From: Myxococcota bacterium
GTDB taxonomy: Bacteria; Myxococcota_A; UBA9160; SMWR01
DNA: 56,722 bases
NCBI GenBank assembly: GCA_036482635.1
Contig: JAZFWH010000208.1
Coordinates: 1-56,722 of the forward strand
Direction: 5' to 3'
In this document: in pieces, positions 26,691 through 37,789 of the stretch
How positions within the stretch are numbered: the first letter of the stretch is position 1
Layout: every line of letters begins with the position of its first letter
Program-made: the position numbers and the translations under genes
Notes under the pieces: model-generated
The model's database searches: none
What the model was told of the DNA's origin: nothing
Seen by the model: only the letters and a program-made list of their open reading frames with translations

Positions 26691-28357
26691 GGCGGCTCCT
26701 CCACCTCGGTCGGCTCCGCGGCGGCCGGCGGCGGCGGCTCGGCGGGCTCCGCTTCGGCCTCCATTTCCACCCCTGGCGTCGGGCCCACCGCGCGGCGCTC
26801 CTCCACTTGACGCAGCAGCTCGATGACGGACGGCTCGATGCGGCGCAGGAAGGTCTCCGGATGCACGCCGATCCAGAAGATCGGAATCAGCATGGCCAGC
26901 ATCACGACCTTCTCGCGCACCCCCAGGTCGACCAGGCTGCGGTTCTCGGAGATCTCGACGGGACCGAACATCACGCGCCGGTACATCCACAGCATGTAGA
27001 CGGCCGCCAGAACCACGCCCAGCGTCGCCAACACCGCCGCCAGCGGATGGGCCAGGAAGGCACCCAGCAGGATCAGGAACTCCCCGACGAAGCCGTTGAG
27101 CATGGGAAGTCCGATGCTGGACATGACGACGATGCCGAAGAAGGCGGCGTACACGGGCATCGGCTTCGCCAGTCCGCCGAAGTCCGAGATCTGGCGCGTG
27201 TGCCTCCGCTCGTAGAGCATCCCGACGAGGACGAAGAGTGCCCCCGTCGATACGCCGTGATTCACCATCTGGAGCACGCTTCCGCTCACGCCCTGGGTGT
27301 TGAAGCAGAATATCCCCAGCATCACGAAGCCCAGGTGGGCGACGGAGGAGTACGCCACCAGCTTCTTCACGTCGGACTGGACCATCGCCACCAGCGACCC
27401 GTAGAGGATCCCGACCAGCGCGAGGCCGACGATCCAGGGCGTGAACTCGACGGCCGCAGCCGGGAAGAGCGGAAGCCCGAAGCGCAGGAAGCCATAGGTC
27501 CCCATCTTCAGCAGCACGCCCGCCAGGATCACCGAGCCCGCCGTCGGCGCCTCCACGTGCGCGTCGGGCAGCCAGGTGTGGAAGGGGACCATCGGGACCT
27601 TGATCGCGAAGGCCAGACCGAAGGCGGCGAACAGCCAGAACTGCGTGCGCCACCAGACCGCCTCGCCCGTCAGCGGAATCTGCGTATCGAGTAATGCGGG
27701 CAGCTGGCTCCCGGGCGGGGCCACGAGGTCGAAGTTGAGTCTGCCCGTCTGCTCGTAGCTCAGGTAGTAGACCACGAGCACGGCCACGAGCATCAGCATC
27801 GACCCGAACATCGTGAACAGGAAGAACTTCACGGCGGCATAGATGCGCCGCGGACCGCCCCAGATTCCGATGATGAAGTACATCGGTATCAGCATCAGCT
27901 CCCAGAACAGATAGAACGCGAAGAGGTTCAGGGAGACGAAGGCGCCGAGCATGCCGGTCTCCAGGAACAGCATGAAGAACACGTAGGTCCTGACGGATCG
28001 CTCGATGTCGTTCCAGGAAGCCAGCAGCACGATCGGAACGAGGAAGGTCGTCAGCACGACCATCAGCAGGCTGATGCCGTCGATCGCCACGAAGTAGTTG
28101 ATCCCGTAATCGGGGATCCAGGGAACGTGCTCGGTGAACTGGAAGCCGGTCCGGGTCGGGTCGAAGGCAGTGAAGAGACGGAGGGAGAGCAGGAACGTGA
28201 GCGTGGTGCTGCCCAGCGCAACCGCGCGCCAAAGCGGGGCCGGCAGTCCCGCAGAGCCCCGCAGCGACGCGAGCGCGCTGGTGGCCAGCAACCCCACCCC
28301 GGTGGCGAGGGGGAAGAAGGTGATGAAGCTCAACAGGTATTCGTCGAGCAATCCCAT
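26687..28357 (-). CDS. nuoM: NADH-quinone oxidoreductase subunit M (with acidic/Pro-rich C-terminal tail)
   Basis: 556 aa. Motifs PFHTWLPDAHVEAPTAGSVILAG and KKLVAYSSVAHLGF. Unusual tail VEMEAEAEPAEPPPPAAAEPTEVEEPP. Confidence 0.95.
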   Translation of the reverse strand: MGLLDEYLLSFITFFPLATGVGLLATSALASLRGSAGLPAPLWRAVALGSTTLTFLLSLRLFTAFDPTRTGFQFTEHVPWIPDYGINYFVAIDGISLLMVVLTTFLVPIVLLASWNDIERSVRTYVFFMLFLETGMLGAFVSLNLFAFYLFWELMLIPMYFIIGIWGGPRRIYAAVKFFLFTMFGSMLMLVAVLVVYYLSYEQTGRLNFDLVAPPGSQLPALLDTQIPLTGEAVWWRTQFWLFAAFGLAFAIKVPMVPFHTWLPDAHVEAPTAGSVILAGVLLKMGTYGFLRFGLPLFPAAAVEFTPWIVGLALVGILYGSLVAMVQSDVKKLVAYSSVAHLGFVMLGIFCFNTQGVSGSVLQMVNHGVSTGALFVLVGMLYERRHTRQISDFGGLAKPMPVYAAFFGIVVMSSIGLPMLNGFVGEFLILLGAFLAHPLAAVLATLGVVLAAVYMLWMYRRVMFGPVEISENRSLVDLGVREKVVMLAMLIPIFWIGVHPETFLRRIEPSVIELLRQVEERRAVGPTPGVEMEAEAEPAEPPPPAAAEPTEVEEPP

Positions 28358-28363
28358 GACGAG

Positions 28364-30408
<2,045 letters not shown>

Positions 30409-30412
<4 letters not shown>

Positions 30413-30729
30413 CACTTGAGGAGGCTCACTTCCTCGATGTTCACTGAGTCGCGGTTGCGGAACATCGCGATCACGATGCCCAGGCCCACCGCGACCTCCG
30501 CCGCCGCCACGCAGATCACCACCAGCACGAACACCTGGCCGTCCAGCTGGGGAGCGGCGCTCGAGCCGGGCCAGGCCCGATTGAAGCCGACGAAGGCCAG
30601 GTTCACGGCGTTGAGCATCAGCTCGATGGACATCAGGATCACGATCAGGTTGCGCCGGGTCACCGCGCCGATGACGCCGAGGACGAAGAGGATCGCCGAG
30701 AGCCCGATGACGTGGTCGAGCGGTAGCAT
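30409..30729 (-). CDS. nuoK: NADH-quinone oxidoreductase subunit K
   Basis: 106 aa, 3 TM. SIELMLNAVNLAF and AAAEVAVGLGI are typical NuoK motifs. Confidence 0.95.
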
Positions 30730-30732
30730 GAC

Positions 30733-31236
30733 TCAGTCGATCTTTCGCTTGGCGAGGATCAGCGCGCCGACGATTGCCGCCAGCAGCAGCAAGGCCACCA
30801 TTTCCACCACCAGGATGTAGTCCGTGTACAGGGCGATTCCCAGCTGTCGGTAGCCGCCGTAGCCCTCGGGAAGCGGAGGGGTGACCGGCAGCGATCCCTC
30901 CAGTAGGCGCAGCAGCTGGGCGAGCACCACCACACCCAGCGCGGTGGCGAAGATCTTCAGCCACCTCTGACGCGACGGCGCAAACTCGTCGCTGCGCAGG
31001 TTGAGGAGCATCACGACGAACAGGAACAAGACCACGATCGCCCCGGCGTAGACGATGATCTGGATGACCGCGATCAGGTGGGCTCCCAACAGCACGTAGA
31101 TCCCCGCCAGCGCCACCATCGTGACCACCAGGCTCATGGCGGCCGCCACCGTGTTGCGAACGTTGAGGATCATCCCCAGCGCCGAAATCACGGCCATGAT
31201 CGAGAAGGCGTAGAAGAGCATCACGCTGGCGGACAC
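30733..31236 (-). CDS. nuoJ: NADH-quinone oxidoreductase subunit J
   Basis: 167 aa. GAHLIAVIQIIVYAGAIVVLFLFVVML is typical NuoJ. Starts 4 nt after the nuoH stop. Confidence 0.9.
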   Translation of the reverse strand: MSASVMLFYAFSIMAVISALGMILNVRNTVAAAMSLVVTMVALAGIYVLLGAHLIAVIQIIVYAGAIVVLFLFVVMLLNLRSDEFAPSRQRWLKIFATALGVVVLAQLLRLLEGSLPVTPPLPEGYGGYRQLGIALYTDYILVVEMVALLLLAAIVGALILAKRKID

Positions 31237-31240
31237 GGAC

Positions 31241-32386
31241 CTATCCCTCGAACAACAGGATGATCAGGCCGGTTGCGAAGATGTTGACGATGGAGAGAGG
31301 CAGCAGGATCTTCCAACACAGGTCCATCACCTGGTCGTAGCGGAAGCGGGGAAGCGTCCAGCGGATCGCCATCTGAAACCAGATCATCGCGATCACCTTC
31401 GCGAAGAAGGTGATCACGTGGAGCACCAGACACACCCCCGTGGCGAAGCCGATGCCGAACACGGGGGTGATCGCTCCGATCAGGGTCTCCTGGGGCAGGT
31501 ATGGGACCGACCAGCCGCCCAGGAAGATCGTGGCGATCAGCCCCGCGATCACGACCACCTCGATGAACTCGGACAGGTAGAACAGGCCGAAGCGCATGCC
31601 CGAGTACTCGAGGTGGAAGCCGGCGATGATCTCCGACTCCCCTTCCGGCATGTCGAAGGGGGGGCGCTTGTTCTCCGCCATGACGGCGGTCAGGAAGATC
31701 AGGAAACCTAGCGGCTGGAAGAAGATCCCCCACGAGGGCAGGCGAATCCAGTCGAACCAGGCCGGGGTCGAGATCCCGAACAGGGAATCCAGAAAGCCGA
31801 GCACCCGGAACGTGCTGTCCTGCGCGATGGCCATGTCGGGCAGCTTGAGCGTATGGAACACCATGAAGACGCCGACGACCGAGAGGCCCATGGTGACTTC
31901 GTAGGAGATCATCTGTGCCGAAGCGCGCAGGCCCCCGAGCAGCGACCAGTTGTTGTTGCTCGACCAGCCCGCGATGATCGTACCGTAGGTAGCGATCGAT
32001 CCGATCGCGAAGATGTAGAGCAACCCCCAGTCGGGATTCGCGACCACTAGACTCAGCGTGAGCTCTCCAAACTGGTAGACCCCACCAAACGGAATCACCG
32101 CGTACGCGATCACGGCGGGCAGCGCAGCGATCATTGGGGCGATCAGGTGCATCACCCGGTTCGCTCCCTGCGGGACCACGTCCTCCTTGCTGAGGAGCTT
32201 CAGTACGTCGGCGATCGGATGGAAGAGGCCGATCAGTCGGATTCCCGCGATGTCGGCGCGGTTCGCACCGATGCGGTCCTGCATGACCGCGCTCTGCTTG
32301 CGCTCGACCCAGGTGATCACGGGAGCGAAGGCGCCCACCACGACGATCAAGATGAACAGCGTCTTGATCACGACCTCGACCGGCAT
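31241..32386 (-). CDS. nuoH: NADH-quinone oxidoreductase subunit H
   Basis: 381 aa. Motifs VERKQSAVMQDRIGANR, NKRPPFDMPEGESEI and GFHLEYSGMRFGLFYL. Confidence 0.95.
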   Translation of the reverse strand: MPVEVVIKTLFILIVVVGAFAPVITWVERKQSAVMQDRIGANRADIAGIRLIGLFHPIADVLKLLSKEDVVPQGANRVMHLIAPMIAALPAVIAYAVIPFGGVYQFGELTLSLVVANPDWGLLYIFAIGSIATYGTIIAGWSSNNNWSLLGGLRASAQMISYEVTMGLSVVGVFMVFHTLKLPDMAIAQDSTFRVLGFLDSLFGISTPAWFDWIRLPSWGIFFQPLGFLIFLTAVMAENKRPPFDMPEGESEIIAGFHLEYSGMRFGLFYLSEFIEVVVIAGLIATIFLGGWSVPYLPQETLIGAITPVFGIGFATGVCLVLHVITFFAKVIAMIWFQMAIRWTLPRFRYDQVMDLCWKILLPLSIVNIFATGLIILLFEG

Positions 32387-33997
32387 CTAGGCGTGCGCCC
32401 CCTCCGCGGCGTCGCCGCCGTCGTGCAGAGGCAGTCCCTGGTCGCCCACCGAATCCAGGTCGATGCCCGCGAAGGCCGGATTCGCCGACCCCAGACTGCG
32501 CGATACCGCCCGCACGTCGTAGGCGCCCTCGAAGCCCTGGAGGCGCAACGCGGCGCCCAGCGCGTGGATCACCTCGCCGTCGCTTCGCGCATCCCAGGCT
32601 GGCTCCACCGCAGGCGTGACGCGTTGCACGCGGTCGCTCCAGTTCGTCAGGGTGCCGTGCTTCTCGGCGGCGTGACGCACGGGGAACATCACGTGCGCGA
32701 CCCGCTGCAGGGCCGACTGGTCCGTGTCCAACGCGATCACGGTGTCGATGTCGGCGAGCGAGTCCACGCCGCCCAGGAAGACATCGTCCAGCACGTCGTG
32801 GCCCATCACGACCACTGCCGCGACGTTGCAGCTCCGCACGCGCTCCAACACCTGCTCGGGGTCGCCGAAGCCGAGCGCGCGGGCTCCGGCGGCGTTCGGG
32901 GCCTTCTCCTGCTTGATGAGCAGGTCGTCCGCCTCGCCGCGAATCACCGCGGCGCCGGAGGCAGTCGCGCCGAGCGCGTCCAGGAAGCGACGGAAGGTGA
33001 GGAGGTCTTCGTTCGTGGCGTGGGCTGATGCGATTCCGGCCAGCGCGTCGCCGCCCATCGCGTCGACGATGCGCCGCAGGCGCACGGCCGCCTCCTCGAT
33101 GCCGGCTTCGAAGCTACGCGCCTCCGGCACGCCATCCGGCCCGCGCACCAACACCTGCTTCAAGCGCCGCCCGGACCCGATCTCCCGGTAGCTCATGCGC
33201 CCCGAGTCACAGATCCAGGTGTCGTTGACCAGGTCGTTGCGACGTGGCACGTACCGATACACCTTGTTGTTCGCCACGCCCAGGTGGACGTTGCAGCCGT
33301 TCGCGCAGCCAGTGCAGACGCCGGGCACGTCCTCCAGGAACCACACGCGAATCTTGAAGCGGAAGTCCTTCGTGGTGAGCGCACCCACGGGACACAGGTC
33401 GGCGACGTTCATCGAGTAGGGATTGTCGAGACTCGTCCCGGGGAAGGTCTCGATCACGGATTCGTCTCCGCGCCTGAAGATCCCCAGCTCCCGCGTACCG
33501 GTTACCTCGGAGCAGAAACGCGTGCAGCGCCTGCACAGGATGCAGCGCTCCTGGTCGAAGACGATCGTCGGCCCCAGGTCGACGTTCTTCTGGAGCGCAC
33601 GGCGGGGCTCGCGGCTGCGGGACTCGGCGACCCCGTACTCGAACGCGTAATCCTGGAGCTTGCACTCGCCCGCCTGGTCGCAGATGGGGCAGTCCAACGG
33701 GTGGTTGACCAGCAGCAGCTCCATCACCCCTTCGCGCGCGGTCTTCACCCGCTCGGAGTCGGTACGGACCACCATGCCGTCCGCCACCGGCGTGTTGCAG
33801 GCGATCTGGAGCTTGGGCGCGCCCTCGACTTCGACCTGGCACAGACGGCAGGAACCGTCGATGGAGAGCTTCGGGTGCCAACAGTAGTGGGGCACATCGA
33901 CGCCGTTCATCAGCAGCCCCGCGTCGTCCAGAGCCTGGAGGATGGTGCGGCCCTCGGAAACCTCGATCGTCTGGCCGTCGATCGTGATCTTCGGCAT
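32387..33997 (-). CDS. nuoG: NADH-quinone oxidoreductase subunit G (short, 536-aa form)
   Basis: N-terminal 2Fe-2S ligands (CWHPKLSIDGSCRLC), NHPLDCPICDQAGEC, CILCRRCTRFC, CPVGALT. Confidence 0.9.
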   Translation of the reverse strand: MPKITIDGQTIEVSEGRTILQALDDAGLLMNGVDVPHYCWHPKLSIDGSCRLCQVEVEGAPKLQIACNTPVADGMVVRTDSERVKTAREGVMELLLVNHPLDCPICDQAGECKLQDYAFEYGVAESRSREPRRALQKNVDLGPTIVFDQERCILCRRCTRFCSEVTGTRELGIFRRGDESVIETFPGTSLDNPYSMNVADLCPVGALTTKDFRFKIRVWFLEDVPGVCTGCANGCNVHLGVANNKVYRYVPRRNDLVNDTWICDSGRMSYREIGSGRRLKQVLVRGPDGVPEARSFEAGIEEAAVRLRRIVDAMGGDALAGIASAHATNEDLLTFRRFLDALGATASGAAVIRGEADDLLIKQEKAPNAAGARALGFGDPEQVLERVRSCNVAAVVVMGHDVLDDVFLGGVDSLADIDTVIALDTDQSALQRVAHVMFPVRHAAEKHGTLTNWSDRVQRVTPAVEPAWDARSDGEVIHALGAALRLQGFEGAYDVRAVSRSLGSANPAFAGIDLDSVGDQGLPLHDGGDAAEGAHA

Positions 33998-35293
33998 CTA
34001 CAGCCCGAAGCTCTCGGCGAACGTGCACTTGCGCTGCCTGACGTGCTCTTCGAAGTCTGCTCGGAAGTGTCGCAGCAGCCCCTGGATGGGCCAGGCGGCG
34101 GCGTCCGCGAAGGCGCAGATCGTCTGGCCCTCCATCTTCGCAGCCAGGTCGAGGAGCAGGTCCAGGTCCTCCTGCTGGCCCGCGCCTCGCTCGATCCGGT
34201 CGACCACCTTGTGGATCCAAGCGGTACCTTCCCGGCACTGGGTGCACTGGCCACAGGACTCGTCGCGGAAGAAGTAGGCGACGACGCTCGCAACCCGCAC
34301 CATGCACGTGGTGTCGTCCATCACCATGATCCCACCCGTGCCGAGCATCGTCTTGCGCTCGCGAAGGAACTCGTTCGCCATGGGCACGTCGAGCTCCTCG
34401 GCCGGGAGGATCGGCATCGACATGCCGCCCGGGATCACTCCTTTGACCTTGCGCCCGCCCGGCACTCCCCCCGCGTGCTCGTACACGAGCTCGTGGAGCT
34501 TGGTTCCCAGCGGCAGCTCGAACAGCCCGGGCCGCTGTACGTGGCCGGAAACGCCGAACAGAGTCGTTCCCGGGCTCTTCTCGGTTCCGATCGAGCGAAA
34601 CCAGTCGACTCCCCTTCCGATGATGTGAGGAACGTGAGCGAAAGTCTCCACGTTGTTCACGGTGCTGGGCATGCCGAAGGCGCCGTACTGGGCGGGGAAG
34701 GGCGGCTTCTTGCGCGGCTGCCCCTTCTTGCCTTCGAGCGATTCCAGGAGCCCCGTCTCTTCGCCACAGATGTAGGCTCCGGCGCCCCTTTGCACCACGA
34801 CGTCGTGGCGGAATCCGCTACCCATGACGTCAGCGCCCAGGTAGCCCTTGTCGTAGGCCTCCGCGACCGCGCGCTCCACCTCGTCCGCCGCTTGCGCGTA
34901 CTCCCCGCGGATGTAGATGAAGGTCTTCTCCGCGCCCGTGGCCCAGGCGCCGATCAGGATGCCCTCGAGCATGAGGTGCGGGCCCCGCTCGAGGATGATG
35001 CGATCCTTGAAGGAGCCCGGCTCCGACTCGTCGGCGTTGCACACCAGGTACTTGGGTTGGTCGGTCTCCTTCGGCATGAAAGACCACTTCATGCCCGTCG
35101 GGAAGCCGGCGCCGCCACGCCCTTGGAGCCCCGCGGCCTTGACCGCCTCGATCACGTCTTCGCCAGACATCTGGGTGAGCGCCTTGCGGGCCGCCTCGTA
35201 ACCGCCGTGGCCCTCGTAGCCGGGCAGCGTCCCGAAGGCGTCGTCCCCGAAGTGCTCCGTCAGGTAGTTCGTGACGTACGGGACCTTCAGCAT
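33998..35293 (-). CDS. nuoF: NADH-quinone oxidoreductase subunit F
   Basis: 431 aa. GLQGRGGAGFPTGMKWSF (FMN/NADH site), YLVCNADESEPG, ESCGQCTQCREG (N3 cluster). Confidence 0.97.
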   Translation of the reverse strand: MLKVPYVTNYLTEHFGDDAFGTLPGYEGHGGYEAARKALTQMSGEDVIEAVKAAGLQGRGGAGFPTGMKWSFMPKETDQPKYLVCNADESEPGSFKDRIILERGPHLMLEGILIGAWATGAEKTFIYIRGEYAQAADEVERAVAEAYDKGYLGADVMGSGFRHDVVVQRGAGAYICGEETGLLESLEGKKGQPRKKPPFPAQYGAFGMPSTVNNVETFAHVPHIIGRGVDWFRSIGTEKSPGTTLFGVSGHVQRPGLFELPLGTKLHELVYEHAGGVPGGRKVKGVIPGGMSMPILPAEELDVPMANEFLRERKTMLGTGGIMVMDDTTCMVRVASVVAYFFRDESCGQCTQCREGTAWIHKVVDRIERGAGQQEDLDLLLDLAAKMEGQTICAFADAAAWPIQGLLRHFRADFEEHVRQRKCTFAESFGL

Positions 35294-35305
35294 CGGTTCC
35301 GTCCG

Positions 35306-35773
35306 TCAGTCGAGCGCGTCGAGGATCCTCTTCGCCTGCTCGGCGTCGAGGTACTCGTGGTACTTGTGATCGACCCGCATCATCGGGGCGTACGCGCACG
35401 CGCCCAGACACTCTTCGTGACCGAGCCCGATGCGGCCGTCGGGCGTCGACTGCCCCACCGTGATGCCGAGATGGGATTCGAGCTGCCGCAGCAGCGTGCG
35501 TGCCCCGCGCAGCGAGCAGGGCAGATTGCTGCAGACCCGCACGTGATGACGCGGCTGGGGCGTGTCGTAGAACATGTTGTAGAAGCTGATCACTTCCATC
35601 ACTTCGATGGGGCGGATGTCGAAGATCTCCGCTACCGCCTGGGCGGTTTCGGGGGCGACGTGACCGAGCTCGCGATGGAGGATGTGCAGCGCCGGGAGCA
35701 GGGCGCCGCGCTTCTCGGGGTACTTGGCGATCTCCCGATCGATCTCCGAGCGGGCCTCGTCCGAGATCACCAT
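35306..35773 (-). CDS. nuoE: NADH-quinone oxidoreductase subunit E
   Basis: 155 aa from the ATG at 35773. KRGALLPALHILH, VRVCSNLPCSLRGA and ECLGACAYAPMM (2Fe-2S ligands). Start overlaps the nuoA end by 7 nt. Confidence 0.9.
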   Translation of the reverse strand: MVISDEARSEIDREIAKYPEKRGALLPALHILHRELGHVAPETAQAVAEIFDIRPIEVMEVISFYNMFYDTPQPRHHVRVCSNLPCSLRGARTLLRQLESHLGITVGQSTPDGRIGLGHEECLGACAYAPMMRVDHKYHEYLDAEQAKRILDALD

Positions 35774-36120
35774 TCCAACCCGCCCTTCATCCACTCGTAG
35801 ACCAGGCCCACGGCCAGGGGAATGGTGAAGACGAACATCGCTCCGAAGCCGTACCAGCCGAGGTCGCGAAAGACGGCGCCCCACGGATAGAAGAAGATCG
35901 CCTCGACGTCGAAGATGACGAAGAGGATCGCCACCAGGTAGAACTTGACTGCGTAGCGCTGGTGGGGAGAGACGATCTGCTTCTCGCCACACTCGAATGG
36001 CTCCTGCTTCTCGTCGAACACGCGGCGCGGGCCGATCAGCAGGTGGACGCCGAGCATCGCACCGAGCAGGACCAGTCCCACGACGAGGATCAACAGGATG
36101 CCGGCGTACTCGGCGAGCAT
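35767..36120 (-). CDS. nuoA: NADH-quinone oxidoreductase subunit A
   Basis: 117 aa from the ATG at 36120. PFECGEK..., YLVAILFVIFDVEAIFFYPW is the NuoA signature. Confidence 0.9.
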   Translation of the reverse strand: MLAEYAGILLILVVGLVLLGAMLGVHLLIGPRRVFDEKQEPFECGEKQIVSPHQRYAVKFYLVAILFVIFDVEAIFFYPWGAVFRDLGWYGFGAMFVFTIPLAVGLVYEWMKGGLEW

Positions 36121-36244
36121 CGGGATCCTCCGCACGACTCGAGAATGTGGCGAAACGGCCCGAGGCCCCACGAGAGCGGCGCGGAAGGTAACGAGGGGCC
36201 CCGGGGGCGTCAAGAAATAGAACGCGCCGAGAGCGTCCACGGCG

Positions 36245-37267
36245 ATGCTCTACACTGTCCGCGTGGCCGTCCCCGTCGGCGTGCTCGGCGCCGGAAGCTT
36301 CGGAACCTGCCTCGCGCTGGTCTGCGCGCGAAAACACGACGTGACGCTCTGGGCCAGAAGGCCGGAGATCGCGGAAGCGATCAACCGCGACCGGCGCAAT
36401 CCGGAGTACCTGAGCCACATCGAGGTCCCCGAGAGCGTGCGCGCCACCTCCGACCTGCGCGACGCCCTGAAGGATCGCGAGGTGGTGATCTGCGCGGTCC
36501 CCAGCCACGGCGTGCGCGAGGTCCTGGGCCGGGCGTCCGGGCTGATCCCCGAGCACGCGATCCTGGTCTCGACGGTGAAGGGAATCGAACCCGAAACCTG
36601 CCTCCGGATGGACCAGGTGCTGGAAGAGGTGCTGGACGCCCGCCACCACCCTCGGCTGGTCTTTCTGTCCGGTCCGTCGTTCGCGCGGGAGATCGCGGAG
36701 GGCCGCCCCACAGCCGTCACCGTGGCGTGCCGGGAGGAGGCCTACGCGATCTCGATCCAGGAGTCCATCTCCTTCCCCTGGTTCCGCTGCTACTCGAGCA
36801 CCGACGTGGTGGGCGTCGAGCTCGGAGGTGCGCTCAAGAACGTCATCGCGATCGCGGCGGGCATCAGCGACGGTCTGGAGTACGGCGACAACGCCCGGGC
36901 CAGCGTGATGACCCGGGGGCTGCGCGAAATCGCGCGGCTGGGGGTGGTGCTGGGCGCCGATCCACTCACCTTTCTCGGCCTGGCCGGCCTCGGCGACCTG
37001 GTGCTCACCTGCGCGGGGAACCTGTCGCGAAACCGCAGGGTAGGGATGGAGCTGGCCCGTGGACGCAAGCTCTCCGACATCGTGGCCGGCATGAGGGAGG
37101 TGGCCGAGGGTGTGCGCACCACGCGCGCCGTCTGCACCCTGGCGGAGCGCCACGGCGTCGAGATGCCGATCGCGCAGATGGTGAACGCCGTCCTGGACGG
37201 AGAGCTGGAGCCGCGCGCGGCCGCGGAGCGGCTGATGCGTCGCCAGCTGACCAGCGAGAACGAATAG
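36245..37267 (+). CDS. gpsA: NAD(P)H-dependent glycerol-3-phosphate dehydrogenase
   Basis: 340 aa. GAGSFGTCLA, NPEYLSHI, VKGIE, GALKNVIAIAAGISDGL, GDLVLTCAGNLSRNRRVG. GTG at 36263 is an alternative start. Confidence 0.92.
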   Translation: MLYTVRVAVPVGVLGAGSFGTCLALVCARKHDVTLWARRPEIAEAINRDRRNPEYLSHIEVPESVRATSDLRDALKDREVVICAVPSHGVREVLGRASGLIPEHAILVSTVKGIEPETCLRMDQVLEEVLDARHHPRLVFLSGPSFAREIAEGRPTAVTVACREEAYAISIQESISFPWFRCYSSTDVVGVELGGALKNVIAIAAGISDGLEYGDNARASVMTRGLREIARLGVVLGADPLTFLGLAGLGDLVLTCAGNLSRNRRVGMELARGRKLSDIVAGMREVAEGVRTTRAVCTLAERHGVEMPIAQMVNAVLDGELEPRAAAERLMRRQLTSENE

Positions 37268-37307
37268 CGATCGCGTTCCCATTTCTACCCCGAGCTCCCA
37301 GGGCGAC

Positions 37308-37335
37308 GGGCCGGGCCTTGCGGGCGGGCCGGCCC
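37308..37335 (+). terminator. GC-rich hairpin downstream of gpsA
   Basis: GGGCCGG-GCCTTGCGGGCGGG-CCGGCCC, a 7-bp outer stem with inner GCC/GGC pairs, 41 nt after the gpsA stop. No U-tract. Confidence 0.35.
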
Positions 37336-37371
37336 TCGACAAGCCTCGGCGATCCGGGCTAGGCTTCAGGC

Positions 37372-37390
37372 GAAAACGAAATTCGTTTTC
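37372..37390. promoter_or_regulatory. perfect 9-1-9 palindrome, Fur-family-box architecture, upstream of feoAB
   Basis: GAAAACGAA-A-TTCGTTTTC, an AT-rich island in GC-rich DNA, ending 33 nt before the feoA ATG. Confidence 0.6.
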
Positions 37391-37423
37391 AATTTACGCC
37401 GCCCCCGAGATCCCGGCCGATCC

Positions 37424-37789
37424 ATGCCCGTCCTCCCCGAACCCGATCCGCTCCCCGCGGCCCGCGCCGACGATGCCGCGGCCGCGATCCCGGGCGAGGC
37501 AGCCCAGGGCGACACGCCCGCGCGGGCGGTGCCGCTCGCCTCACTCGAGCCCGGCGCTTCGGGCGTGATCCAGGCCCTCGACGCGACCACACCCGCCGGG
37601 CGGCGGCTGCTCGACCTCGGCTTCGTACCGGACACCGAGGTGGCGGTCGTGCGGCGCGCGCCGCTCGGCGACCCGGTCGTGTACGAGCTGCGCGGCTACC
37701 GGATCTGCCTGCGGCGTCCCGAAGCGACGCGGGTTCTGGTGCTGCCGAGGGCGCCGAAGCCGCGAGCCGCCTCGGCGCGAGACGAGTGA
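37424..37789 (+). CDS. feoA: ferrous iron transport protein A
   Basis: 121 aa. C-terminal SH3-like FeoA domain LASLEPGASGVIQALD...RRLLDLGFVPDTEVAVVRRAPLGDPVVYELRGYRICLRR. Confidence 0.85.
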   Translation: MPVLPEPDPLPAARADDAAAAIPGEAAQGDTPARAVPLASLEPGASGVIQALDATTPAGRRLLDLGFVPDTEVAVVRRAPLGDPVVYELRGYRICLRRPEATRVLVLPRAPKPRAASARDE

